DNA from: Eledone cirrhosa | Lineage: Eukaryota | Direction: 5' to 3' | Length of the DNA stretch: 64,000 bases | NCBI GenBank assembly: GCA_964016885.1 | Contig: OZ024764.1 | Coordinates: 6,386,001 to 6,450,000, forward strand | In this document: one piece after another, positions 14,316 through 27,018 of the stretch | Layout of the letters: each line of letters opens with the position of its first letter | Position numbering within the stretch: the first letter of the stretch is position 1 | Translations under genes and position numbers: made by a program | The notes under the pieces: generated by a model | The model's input: only the letters and a program-made list of their open reading frames with translations | Database searches by the model: none | Told to the model about the DNA's origin: nothing

Positions 14316-14516
14316 GACCACACCACCGCCATTTTAGCTATATATCTATCTATATTTATACATACATATATACATTCATATATACATACATATATACATG
14401 TATATACATACATACATACATACATATATATCTATACATACATATATAGATATCAATGACCACATCACTATTTCAGCTATATATCTATGTTGTGTGTATG
14501 TATGTGTGTGTGTATG

Positions 14517-14601
<85 letters not shown>

Positions 14602-14630
14602 GTATATATATATATGTATATATATATATG

Positions 14631-14683
<53 letters not shown>

Positions 14684-14684
14684 G

Positions 14685-14737
<53 letters not shown>

Positions 14738-14975
14738 CATTACTAGCACCAGGGCTCCCACCATCTCCACTGCCACCATATATTTAGGATTGTCAACTGA
14801 AACATTCCATTCCACCATTTTAATGATCAAATAGATAATGAAAGGGGCTGTGGGTGGGGGAGGTTATGGAGTTCAGCTGCTGATACTTCACTTTAGTTGA
14901 GTGTGAGCGGACTGGAGTGCAACAGCTCACTCATTCCTCTGGAAATAACTAACACATATTTATATATTTATATAT

Positions 14976-15176
14976 AGGAAAAAGTATGACCCCGACGGCA
15001 GAGCTCAAGCCGTTTCGATGGCTATTTCTGGACTCAGAGTCCAGAAATAACCATCGAAACGGCTTGAGCTCTGCCGTCGGGGTCATATTTTTCCTATTAC
15101 CCACTCTACTACCCTAAGTACTGAGTACTCTGGTGCGTTATGGTCCATCTGGTTCCTTACCACAATTCCTTCGTTA
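14976..15176. mobile_element. Near-perfect fold-back PLE-type element with tail
   Basis: Palindrome over 14976-15097 centred on gactc-a-gagtc; the tail continues actctactaccctaagtactgagtact; flanked by (TA)n. Confidence 0.75.
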
Positions 15177-15294
15177 TATATATAGATATATATATATGTG
15201 TGTGTATATATATCTGTGTGTGTGTGTGTATATATATATCTGTGTGTGTGTGTGTGTGTATATATATATCTGTGTATGTCTATATATATATATC

Positions 15295-15339
<45 letters not shown>

Positions 15340-15422
15340 CTGTGTGTGTGTGTGTGTATATATATATGTGTGTGTGTGTATATATATATATATATGTGTG
15401 TGTGTGTATATATATATATATC

Positions 15423-15455
<33 letters not shown>

Positions 15456-15456
15456 C

Positions 15457-15491
<35 letters not shown>

Positions 15492-15652
15492 CTGTGTGTG
15501 TGTATATATATATATATCTGTGTGTATATATATATATATATAAATCAGAATGGATGCAGTAGAAACAAGTTATTCACCAGAGTACTCAATATTTGGTGTA
15601 GTAGAGTGGATAATATGAAGGATTCGGGACCTCCAGCCTGTTGGGGCCCTGA

Positions 15653-15690
<38 letters not shown>

Positions 15691-15694
<4 letters not shown>

Positions 15695-16167
15695 AGCTAT
15701 CGGCGTATTTTGACTAAAGAAATTGAAGAAATTATTTAGCCCGATAGTGGGGTTAAGAACCCTCGGAGAAATGGAAAAAGATGAGTATTGACGTACATGG
15801 GAGTCGAACCCACATCTTTGGTTTTCCGGACCACTGTGCTACCATTTACACCAACACATCACCCGTCTTTTTCCATTCAAATTAGAAGCTATAAACTTAG
15901 CGACTGTAATGTCAAATAAGAATATTTTCGAAACAGCGAGTGGGTTTGAAATTATTAGAAGTGTAAGCTATCGCCGTATTTTGACTAAAGAAATTAAAGA
16001 AATTATTTAGCCATGTACGTCAATACTCATCTTTTTGCATTTCTCCGAGGGTTCTTAACCCCACTATCGGGCTAAATAATTTCTTTAATTTCTTTAGTCA
16101 AAATACGGCGATAGCTTACATTTATAATAATTTTGAACCCACTCGCTGTTTCGAAAATATTCTTATT

Positions 16168-16172
<5 letters not shown>
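15691..16172. mobile_element. Direct + inverted repeat element containing a tRNA-like cloverleaf
   Basis: The sequence starting at 15691 recurs at 15962 (271-bp period); 16011-16170 is an inverted copy; (TA)n on both sides. Confidence 0.7.
15788..15861 (-). tRNA. tRNA-like cloverleaf (anticodon GGA, short variable loop; probably element-borne pseudo-tRNA)
   Basis: TGATGTG/TACGTCA acceptor stem, A box TGGTGTAAATGG, TGGT-ccGGAaa-ACCA anticodon arm, GTGGG-TTCGACT-CCCAT T arm. Confidence 0.55.
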
Positions 16173-16198
<26 letters not shown>

Positions 16199-16205
<7 letters not shown>

Positions 16206-16367
16206 ATACTTGGGGAGGGTCATATTTGTGTAATATTGCCAGAATTAATAACAGAACACACTCACTGTTTGGTTGGTTTTCGCTTCTCGCTGTCTTTTAT
16301 ATCGGTAATCTAACTTACTCGGTCCCACCCTTGCAAGCAGGGAAAAGCGAACGTAAAATGATGATGA

Positions 16368-16419
<52 letters not shown>

Positions 16420-16668
16420 GTATAGTAGAGAATACATGAAAAGAGTTTGTGTCTATATTGTATCTGTATTATTTTTGACCGTCGGTCAGTCAATGGCCAC
16501 ATTGAGGACCGAGTAAGTTAGATTACCGATATAAAAGACAGCGAAAACCAACCAAACAGTGAGTGTGTTCTGTTATTAATTCTGGCAATATTACACAAAT
16601 ATGACCCTCCCCAAGTATAACAATATTTGTTTCGACACACGATTTCATATAAAAAACCTCGCAAAACT
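16199..16668. mobile_element. Inverted PLE pLTR pair (tgaccctccccaagtataacaat family) interrupted by an RTE tail
   Basis: 16199-16324 is the reverse complement of 16507-16626; same terminus as 60825-60885, which lies downstream of a GIY-YIG fragment. Confidence 0.7.
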
Positions 16669-16827
16669 ATATATATATATAAGGATTAGAATACTGGAGC
16701 GTGTTTGAGTCAAACACCCTCTTCGTATTATAGAAATGACAGTAAAAGGTGTAGCTCAATGCAGTTAAACAGAGCCAAAAAATTAAGAGAGTAAAACAAA
16801 GAATCCTTTAATACATCAAAAGTTTTT

Positions 16828-16873
16828 ATTAGCCGACAATGTTTCGTCCTATTAAGGACTCATCAGGGCAATC
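16828..16873 (-). ncRNA. Type I hammerhead ribozyme (canonical core)
   Basis: gattgcc-CTGATGA-gtcc ttaata ggac-GAAA-catt-GTC-ggctaat, running into AATAAA. Confidence 0.85.
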
Positions 16874-17164
16874 AAAACAACAAGAGGTAATTTCGGCAGA
16901 TACAAGCCAGAAACTCTGAAGAATATGGAGTGTACATACACTAATGTCTTACAAAGATATACGATAATAAAAATGAAGATAAAAATAATAAAATTATAAA
17001 ATTATAATAACTAAGGATGTTATAATAACTAAGGATATTATAATAACTATATATATCAAAGGAAGCAACACAGTAAAGGACTTGCGTTGTTACCACGCTA
17101 ATGAAAATGCATGTTCTTTTCATGTATTCTCTCCTATACATGTGTATATATATATATATATATA

Positions 17165-17497
17165 TCATCATCATCATCATACGTCCACTTTTCCCTGCTT
17201 GCAAGGGTGGGACGGGTCTTATTCAGCACAGCATCTCTCCACTTGTCACGGTCCTTCGTCATCTCCACCGTGAGCTTCAGCGATCTGAGGTCTGTTCTCA
17301 CCACCTCCGCCCATGTTTTTCGTGGTCTACCTCTACTGCGTCTTCCTTCTAATGGCATTTCTTGGCACTTCTTCACCCATCGGTCATCCTCCATGCGCAT
17401 CACATGTCCATACCACCTCAGTCTCCTCTCCCGTACACTACATTCTATCCCTCTCAGACACAGTTTCTCTCTCAACACATTCATGCTGGGTCGTTCA

Positions 17498-17501
<4 letters not shown>
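17165..17501 (-). mobile_element. RTE LINE 3' end
   Basis: [63 protein letters not shown]; (GAT)n tail. Confidence 0.92.
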
Positions 17502-17540
<39 letters not shown>

Positions 17541-17582
17541 AATATACATATAAAATATATATATATATTGATTTATAAGTGA

Positions 17583-17825
17583 CACAGAGGAGACTTAGGT
17601 TAGCTGGACATGCTCACCGACATCGAGAGTTGACACTGCACTCAGTGCTCCTGTGGGGGCCCCCTGCATTGACACACTGGAAGAGGGAGACCATGGTTGA
17701 CATATGTTGATGCCCTAAGGACAGACACTGGTCTGTTGGAAACGCAGGACATGGCAGCGATAATGAGGGATAGGGACCGCTGGAGAGAACTCGTCCATGG
17801 ATCTTGGAAATTTTACCCACCCTAG

Positions 17826-17830
<5 letters not shown>
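17583..17830 (+). mobile_element. RTE-X-like LINE 3' end (decayed copy of 6462-6720)
   Basis: High nucleotide similarity; ends ttttacccaccctaga(TA)n. Confidence 0.85.
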
Positions 17831-17918
<88 letters not shown>

Positions 17919-18081
17919 AATGATTTCACAGGAATGAAACAGTTCTAGCCCTGTTGAAGTGATTTCTATACAAAATAATTAAGGCACTCCTGTACTAACG
18001 TATTGAGTACGTTATTTGAACTGTGGCTTCTTTCCTACCCTGTTTGGAAATTGGAAAACTATCCTTAATTATACACACACG

Positions 18082-18135
<54 letters not shown>

Positions 18136-18959
18136 GAAATGGTCCTATTGTATTTCATTAATAAAAAGTTAAGGTTTGTCTGGAATCTCACCCTGACCCC
18201 TTCCCCTGTCTTACCTCCCTCACCCCCTTACTAATTAATGGACTCTTCTATTTTGCTTTCAACACAGATTCTTCCTACACACAGACATCACCATATATAT
18301 ATATATACATACATATACAGCCATATATATATATACACCCATATACATACATATACAGCCATATATATATATACACCCATATACATACATATACAGCCAT
18401 ATACATACATACACACATAAATACATACATATATACATTCATACATACATACATACATGCTACAAACTTACATACACACATACATATATACTTAAATATA
18501 TACATATATACTTACATGCTTACATACGTACATACATACATGCTTACATACATACATACATATATACATACATATATACATGCAGACATATACATACACA
18601 CATACATGCTACAAACATACACACATACATACATATATACTTAAATATATACATATATACTTACATGCTTACATACGTACTTACTTACATACATACATAC
18701 TTACTTACATACATACATATACATACATCATCATCATCATCATTTTACGCCTGCTTTTCCCTGCTTGCAAGGGTGAGACATACATACATACATACATACA
18801 CACATACATACACACTTACACACATACAGTTTCACACATACACATGTTCCCCCACCCTCCACTTCTCAAAATGTGACCATGTCTTAGATAAATTCAACTC
18901 TAAACAATAGACACACACACTCATACATACTCACACACACACACATACTCACACACATA

Positions 18960-19010
<51 letters not shown>

Positions 19011-19180
19011 ACACATACTCACACTCTATATACATAGATATACAGACACACTTATACTTACACACACTCATACACACATATACAGACACACACTCATACA
19101 CACATATACACAGACAGGGACTCATACATACACATATATATATAATGTTCCCTCCCTGTTCCTGTGATTTCATCATCGCT

Positions 19181-19211
<31 letters not shown>

Positions 19212-19391
19212 TTGTCTCTAATCACCAATATTGTATTTTATTTTAAGTGGGGGTTTTTTTTTTCCTTTTCTATTTTACCTTTTTTCAGCAGTTAATATAG
19301 TTTTTATTCAACACATTATAACAGCTTGGTGATTTGATCAGGGTGATGATGATGATGATGATGTTTGTGTGTGTGTGTGTGTCTGTGTGTC

Positions 19392-19439
<48 letters not shown>

Positions 19440-19524
19440 GAAAAATTGAACAGGGACAGAACAGAGAGGCAGTACGATAAATGTTTATTAAATTCACGCT
19501 CAGGAGAGTGGGGGGTAGGTGGGG

Positions 19525-19558
19525 GACGACGTTTCGGGCATAAGCCCTTCTTCAGGTG
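19525..19558 (-). ncRNA. Minimal hammerhead ribozyme
   Basis: cac-CTGAAGA-a-gggc ttat gccc-GAAAC-GTC-gt; palindromic ACGT stem III; AATAAA downstream. Confidence 0.75.
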
Positions 19559-19643
19559 AGAGTTCAAAAGGTGTGTAGGGGAGTGGTGGAGAGACATATA
19601 GCGAAAGGAAACGGTGCGAATGAAAAATTAACAAATAAAGACA

Positions 19644-19708
<65 letters not shown>

Positions 19709-19973
19709 AGTGTAACCTGGAGTTACTGCAGGTTCACCCGGGTGAGCACTCAATGTTTAGGTTTATATATATATAACAAAAGGGATATTCAATTTGTTGG
19801 TAATTCAACAAGAAAAATTTGAACCGTTAAGGTATCTTTTCTTGGTTATGTCAAAATTTATTAAAAAAACTTTGTATTTTATCTGATGAAAACGTACCAA
19901 AGAATAAATATGCTTTTATAAATATAGTTTCCATTTATTTAATATCATTGAATATATATATATATATATATAT

Positions 19974-20195
19974 CAGCTGTAGAAATGAGATGATAGGGAC
20001 TGGGTTCCCTATCATTCCACTGTAAAGTGGTCGTGGAGGTGCCACGGCAAAAAAGCACCCAGCACTCACTGTAAATGAGGTTGGTGTTAGGAAGGGCATC
20101 CAGCTGTAGAAATCAAGCCAGAATCAGTTCCCGTCCCACCCTTGCAAGCAGGGAAAAAAGCAGACGTAAAATAAAATGATGATGATGATGATGAT
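19974..20195 (+). mobile_element. 5'-truncated CORE-like SINE with RTE tail
   Basis: Matches 59725-59934. Confidence 0.8.
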
Positions 20196-20272
20196 AAATA
20201 TATGCATAGGAAAATGTTTAACTCCGACGGCAGCGCTCAAGCCATTTCGACAGTTATTTCTGGACTGCTTGT

Positions 20273-20589
20273 TACTTTAAGACCTGGCTCTACCAACACC
20301 GACATACGTTCCGAAACCCGGCCTGACAACATGCCACTACACTTTCGGATCACATCTGGGACCTCCAAGATAATAACATAACATACCATCTTACGTGGAG
20401 CTTACTTTCCAGGGCTAACTTTACACAGGAAGATGCTGTCCATGTAACTTATGCTCGGAGGAAACATTACAAATGCTGTTTACGAAGGACCAACTCCTAA
20501 ACAAAAAAGACGAACTTGTAACTGCATGTAAACACGGATTGCGCAGGACTTACCTTGCCCTCAAACCCCCTCATGACCCGGGTGGGTAG
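20273..20589 (+). pseudogene. Penelope-like element GIY-YIG endonuclease C-terminal fragment (1 stop, 1 frameshift)
   Basis: YFKTWLYQHRHTFRNPA*QHATTLSDHIWDLQDNNITYHLTWSLLSRA / YTGRCCPCNLCSEETLQMLFTKDQLLNKKDELVTACKH..*. This fits the PLE pattern F..R...H...F......T.LS..IW.L......W.......C.LC..E.......LLNK..E....C.H. An inverted pLTR arm precedes it (20207-20266). Confidence 0.85.
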
Positions 20590-20662
20590 ACAATGGCTGC
20601 AACATCCTTCTTCTCCCCACTTGCCGAACAAGATAGGGGAAACCCCAGCATACATAGAATAT

Positions 20663-20785
20663 GGTTTCGTGGAATACGATGAATCCCTAACAATGATGCA
20701 GAGATTTTCTCAACACAACTTAAAACCTTCCCCGACTATTAATGAGAAAACCCGAGAGGCATTCAGAGTGTTCGACATAGACGGG

Positions 20786-20788
<3 letters not shown>
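20663..20788 (+). pseudogene. Calmodulin-like EF-hand fragment
   Basis: GFVEYDESLTMMQRFSQHNLKPSPTINEKTREAFRVFDIDGN resembles the CaM EF2 end (G.I.F.EFLTMM.R), the linker and the EF3 start (REAFRVFDKDGN); truncated by (TA)n. Confidence 0.75.
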
Positions 20789-20821
<33 letters not shown>

Positions 20822-20849
20822 TTCCACACTGAAAAGTGTTTGTGTAAAA

Positions 20850-21168
20850 GACGGCAAAAAGCACCCAGTCCACACTGTAAAGTGGTCATGTAGGTGTCAC
20901 AACAGAAAGCACCCAGTCCACACTGTAAAGTGGTCATGTAGGTGTCACAACAAAAAGCACCCAGTCCACACTGTAAAGTGGTTTTGTAGGTGTCTCATCA
21001 AAAAGCACCCAGTCCACACTGTAAAGTGGTTGGTGTTAGGAAGGGCATCCAGCTGTAGAAACCAAGCCAAATCAGTTCTGTGTGAGTGAATCATGGTCCC
21101 TCACAGCCCGTCTAACCCATGCTAGCATGGAAGATGGACGTTAAACGATGATGATGATGATGATGATT
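20850..21168 (+). mobile_element. RTE-tailed SINE-like element with about 4 x 48-bp units
   Basis: gcacccagtccacactgtaaagtggtcatgtaggtgtcacaac repeats; (GAT)n tail. Confidence 0.75.
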
Positions 21169-21461
21169 GATATATATTGAGTGTTACATATACATATATC
21201 TATATATATATATATATATTTATCTATATATGGAGGTGCCAAGTTATATGTGTGTGTTTCTACACACACACACACACACGCAAATATATATATATGTGTG
21301 TGTGTGTGTGTAAACGTGCTTATATATATATGTCTATATTGATATATATGTATGTGTGTGTGGGTATGTCTTACATCCAACTCTGACCTCAGATTTTAAT
21401 TGGACATAAAAAACTGTTGGTTCAGATTTCTGTGACAATGGCTTTCTTTGGTAGTAACGGA

Positions 21462-21668
21462 AACTACTACTACTGCCACTGCTGTTGCTACCACTACTAC
21501 TACTACTACTACCACCACTACTACTACTACTACTACTACTGCTACTACTACTACTACCAATACTGATGCTACTACTACTAACACTACTACTGCCACTACT
21601 ACCACTACTGCTGCTACTACTACCACTACTACTACTACTACTACCAATACTGGTGCTACTACTAGTAA

Positions 21669-21711
<43 letters not shown>

Positions 21712-21863
21712 GCTACTACTACTACTACTACCACTGCTACTGGTGCTACTACTACTACCACTGCTGCTGCTACTACTACTACTACTACTACTACTACCAC
21801 TACTACTACTACTACCACCACTACTACCACCACCACTGCCACTACTACTACCACTGCTACTGG

Positions 21864-21912
<49 letters not shown>

Positions 21913-21913
21913 G
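21462..21913. repeat. (TAC)n compound repeat
   Basis: Direct inspection. Confidence 0.9.
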
Positions 21914-21996
21914 CTTCTCTCCTCCCTCTCAGTATTAACCCATGTCCAGACACCCACTACAGCTGACAGCCTGGCCTGAATTTACCTGTGGCTGAA

Positions 21997-23413
21997 TCTT
22001 TCCATTACTGATACTATCTGTCTGTCACAACTCCTGGCAGAAGAAAGGAGCTGATCATCAGATCAGACCAAGGAAACAATGTTTCTATTGGTCTTTCCAT
22101 TACTGATACTATCTGTCAGTCACAACTCCTGACAGAAGAAAGGAGCTGATCATCAGATCAGACCAAGGAAACAATGTCTCCATTGGTCTTTCCATTACTG
22201 ATACTATCTGTCAGTCACAACTCCTGACAGAAGAAAGGAGCTGATCATCAGATCAGACCAAGGAAACAATGTTTCCATTGGTCTTTCCATTACTGATACT
22301 ATCTGTCAGTCACAACTCCTGGCAGAAGAAATAGCTGATCATCAGATCAGACCAAGGAAACAATGTTTCCATTGGTCTTTCCATTACTGATACTATCTGT
22401 CAGTCACAACTCCTGGCAGAAGAAAGGAACTGATCATCAGATCAGACCAAGGAAACAATGTTTCCATTGGTCTTTCCATTACTGATACTATCTGTCAGTC
22501 ACAACTCCTGGCAGAAGAAAGGAGCTGATCATCAGATCAGACCAAGGAAACAATGTTTCCATTGGTCTTTCCATTACTGATACTATCTGTCAGTCACAAC
22601 TCCTGGCAGAAGAAAGGAACTGATCATCAGATCAGACCAAGGAAACAATGTCTCCATTGGTCTTTCCATTACTGATACTATCTGTCAGTCACAACTCCTG
22701 ACAGAAGAAAGGAGCTGATCATCAGATCAGACCAAGGAAACAATGTCTCCATTGGTCTTTCCATTACTGATACTATCTGTCAGTCACAACTCCTGACAGA
22801 AGAAAGGAGCTGATCATCAGATCAGACCAAGGAAACAATGTTTCCATTGGTCTTTCCATTACTGATACTATCTGTCAGTCACAACTCCTGGCAGAAGAAA
22901 TAGCTGATCATCAGATCAGACCAAGGAAACAATGTTTCCATTGGTCTTTCCATTACTGATACTATCTGTCAGTCACAACTCCTGGCAGAAGAAAGGAACT
23001 GATCATCAGATCAGACCAAGGAAACAATGTTTCCATTGGTCTTTCCATTACTGATACTATCTGTCAGTCACAACTCCTGGCAGAAGAAAGGAACTGATCA
23101 TCAGATCAGACCAAGGAAACAATGTCTCCATTGGTCTTTCCATTACTGATACTATCTGTCTGTCACAACACCTGGCAGAGGAAAGGAGCTGATCATCAGA
23201 TCAGACCAAGGAAACAATGTCTCCATTGGTCTTTCCATTACTGATACTATCTGTCAGTCACAACTCCTGACAGAAGAAAGGAGCTGATCATCAGATCAGA
23301 CCAAGGAAACAATGTTTCCATTGGTCTTTCCATTACTGATACTATCTGTCAGTCACAACTCCTGGCAGAAGAAAGGAGCTGATCATCAGATCAGACCAAG
23401 GAAACAATGTTTC
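21997..23413. repeat. 95-bp tandem repeat, about 15 copies
   Basis: aggaaacaat at 22071, 22166, 22261 and onward; unit ttggtctttccattactgatactatctgtcagtcacaactcctggcagaagaaaggagctgatcatcagatcagaccaaggaaacaatgtttcca. Confidence 0.95.
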
Positions 23414-23465
23414 AGATACTCGCCCAAGACTGCCAGAGATGGAGGCTGTGACTGCAGCATTCAAC

Positions 23466-24456
23466 ACATTACTCTATATATACTATTGTATTTTCACAGT
23501 AAAGGCTTTACCCCACATAATATCTCACATAACATTTACATTACTCTATATATACTATTGTATTTTCACAGTAAAGGCTTTACCTCACATAATATCTCAC
23601 ATAACATTTACATTACTCTATATATACTATTGTATTTTCATGGTAAAGGCTTTACCTCACATAATATCTCACATAACATTTACATTACTCTATATATACT
23701 ATTGTATTTTCATGGTAAAGGCTTTACCTCACATAATATCTCACATAACATTTACATTACTCTATATATACTATTGTATTGTCACAGTAAAGTCTTTACC
23801 TCACATAATATCTCACATAACATTTACATTACTCTATATATACTATTGTATTGTCACAGTAAAGGCTTTACCTCACATAATATCTCACATAACATTTACA
23901 TTACTCTTTATATACTATTGTATTGTCACAGTAAAGGCTTTACCTCACATAATATCTCACATAACATTTACATTACTCTATATATACTATTGTATTGTCA
24001 CAGTAAAGGCTTTACCTCACATAATATCTCACATAACATTTACATTACTCTATATATACTATTGTATTGTCACAGTAAAGGCTTTACCTCACATAATATC
24101 TCACATAACATTTACATTACTCTATATATACTATTGTATTGTCACAGTAAAAGCTTTACCTCACATAATATCTCACATAACATTTACATTACTCTATATA
24201 TACTATTGTATTGTCACAGTAAAGGCTTTACCTCACATAATATCTCACATAACATTTACATTACTCTATATATACTATTGTTTTTTCATGGTAAAGGTTT
24301 TATCTCACATAATATCGAATCTATGATATTTTGATACTATTTATTTTGAGAACAATACCTTAACATGAGTATGAGCAACCAGTTACGTCCGGTTTGAAGA
24401 AAAAGAGGTGAGAGAACTCTGATCAGATACGGCTGGTTTAAATGCAAAAGGGTTAA
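23466..24456 (+). mobile_element. piggyBac-type MITE with about 12 x 72-bp internal array
   Basis: 72-bp unit catttacattactctatatatactattgtattttcacagtaaaggctttacctcacataatatctcacataa; shared 3' flank ending taaatgcaaaaggg-TTAA. Confidence 0.7.
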
Positions 24457-25342
24457 CTGTGTTCAGCAAATCTTCAAAACCATCACTCCATTACGTTACT
24501 GGTACTTGTTAATTCATTGGCTGTGTAAAAAATGTAAGACAAGGTTACCCTCTGCAGGACTTATATCCAGTTCATAGAGAACCAGAAAGCACTCACAAGC
24601 ATTAAACTATTTTGTTACCAAAACCAGCTGTATCCACTCCTCATTCCACAATACACAATTGTTCAGTTTAAAGTGTTTATATTTACACAAAACCTCTGCC
24701 TTTGTGATTTCATGTACAAACCCTTGTTAAGTTATGTTCTGGTCTCTCCAGTTGTTCTTATTTTGGCGGGGTTAATGACCTCATAGTCAAATTGCCTGCA
24801 GTGTACCACTGGGGTCACCTTTTCTATGTTCTACTTCTGTCTATACACCCACTGACATACACAAACGTGTGTATGTATGTCGTATACACATCTCTCTCTA
24901 TATATATATGTAAATATTTATATGTGTGTGTCTGTGTGTGTTTGTATACACATTTACATGTATATGTATGCATATGTAAATATTTATATATATACGTGTG
25001 TGTGTGTGTGTGTTTGTATACACATTTACATGTATATGTATGCATATGTAAATATTTATATATACGTGTGTGTGTGTGTGTGTTTGTATACACATTTACA
25101 TGTATATGTATGCATATGTAAATATTTATATATACGTGTGTGTGTGTGTGTGTGTATACACATTTACATGTATATGTATGCATATGTAAATATTTATATA
25201 TATGTGTGTGTGTGTATACACATTTACATGTATATATATGCATATGTAAATATTTATATATATGTGTGTGTATATATGTATATGTGTATATAAATATGTG
25301 TGTGTGTATATATATATATATGTGTGTATATATATATATATA

Positions 25343-25480
25343 AAGGGCATCCAGTCGAAGAAAACCTGCCAGACACCCCTATATGAGCGAGACGACCAAT
25401 CTTGCCTCAAGTGGGACAATTCCCATCTAAATCCATGCTAGCGTGGAAGATAGAGGTTAAAGGATCATGATGATGATGAT
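25343..25480 (+). mobile_element. 3' fragment of RTE-tailed SINE-like element
   Basis: aagggcatccag...ccatgctagcgtggaagatag..(GAT)n. Confidence 0.65.
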
Positions 25481-25507
25481 ATATATATATATATGTATAT
25501 ATATTTA

Positions 25508-25840
25508 TCATCATCATCATAATCATTTCATTTTACGTCCGCTTGCAAGGGTCGGACGGGAACTGATTCTGGCTTGATTTCTACAGCTGGATGCCCTTCC
25601 TAACACCAACCTCATTTACAGTGAGTGCTGGGTGCTTTTTTGCCATGGCACCTCCACGACCACTTTGCAGTGGAATGATAGGGACCCCAGTCCCTATCAT
25701 CTCATTTCTACAGCTGAGTAAACTGGGGCAATGTGAAATAAAGTGTCTTGCTCAAGGACACAACACATCACCTGGTCTGAGAATTGAACTCACAACCTTT
25801 CGATTGCAAACCCAATGCTCTAACCACTAAGCCATGTGCC

Positions 25841-25842
<2 letters not shown>
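25508..25842 (-). mobile_element. Full-length tRNA/CORE-like SINE with RTE tail
   Basis: Reverse complement of 59598-59934. Confidence 0.8.
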
Positions 25843-25890
<48 letters not shown>

Positions 25891-25897
<7 letters not shown>

Positions 25898-26545
25898 ATA
25901 CTTGGGGAGGGTCATATTGTAATAATATTGCCAGAAATAATAACACAACACACTCACTGTTTGGTTAGTTTTCGCTTCTGTATCTTTTATATGTCCATCA
26001 ACATCATCATCGGGTCGAGCTTGCTCGGCCTTCTACGACACATTACCTCCATGCATCTCTGTCTCTCATAGTGATTGCCAGTTCTTCCGCAGTGCATCCA
26101 GTATCGTCCCCCAAGTTGCTTGGCGTATGTCTTCTTGGGACGACTACCGTTTCTTGCTCCATGAAATGGACTCCATAACAACACATCTCCATAGTTAATC
26201 TATTTGGCAATCAATGTTTACCATTGATTGACCAATGGTTAAAAATACAGATATAAATATATATATATAGTCTAACAAAGTTCTTTCGTTGCACATCTGT
26301 AACATCATCAGTGGTACTATTATGTTTCCACCTGTTGTATTGTATTCTAATGTTTATGCCATTTTTATTTTTTTTTATTTATTTATTTAATTATTCTTTT
26401 CTCTGTCTCTGCGCATGCGTTTGCGTGTGTGTATAATGTTTGATGTGAGTGTTCGCGTTTGAGTGTGTGTTTTTGTATTCTATCTTTGTTCGCTAGTGTG
26501 TGTTTATATGTGTTTGTTGTTATTGTACTTGTGTATATATTTATT
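25891..26545 (-). mobile_element. PLE pLTR (same family as 60460-60885) with hammerhead at 26277-26318 and an RTE-X fragment inserted at about 25990-26190
   Basis: Minus strand CTGATGA-tgttacagatgtgcaac-GAAA-gaactt; the insert translates as LLWSPFHGARNGSRPKKTY. Confidence 0.75.
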
Positions 26546-26551
26546 TATTTA

Positions 26552-26590
<39 letters not shown>

Positions 26591-26613
26591 GTATATGTAT
26601 ATATAGTTGTGTG

Positions 26614-26646
<33 letters not shown>

Positions 26647-26843
26647 TTGTGTGTATATATATGTGTATATATATGTATGTATATATATATTTGTGTGTAT
26701 ATATACATATATATATATATGTGTATATATATATATGTGTATATATATATATGTATATATATATATGTGTATATATATATATGTATATATATATTTGTGT
26801 GTATATATATGTGTATATATATGTATGTATATATATATTTGTG

Positions 26844-26874
<31 letters not shown>

Positions 26875-26969
26875 ATATATATGTGTGTATATATATATAT
26901 GTATATATATATTTGTGTATATATATATGTGTGTGTCTATATATATATATTTTTGTGTGTATATATTTA

Positions 26970-27005
<36 letters not shown>

Positions 27006-27018
27006 CACATACACATAT

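Noticed and set aside
20324-20326. In-frame TGA in the PLE endonuclease as selenocysteine (reported for some Naiad PLEs)
   Set aside because: Not at a Cys-like position, the fragment is also frameshifted and no SECIS was recognised; CGA>TGA decay is simpler.
21334-21957. Ser-rich minus-strand ORF with a gtaaga donor-like site near 21375
   Set aside because: Mostly (TAG/AGT)n; no polypyrimidine acceptor and no recognisable homology. Cannot be fully excluded without RNA data.
21997-24316. CRISPR-like regular arrays
   Set aside because: Units are contiguous with no unique spacers; eukaryotic context and no cas genes.
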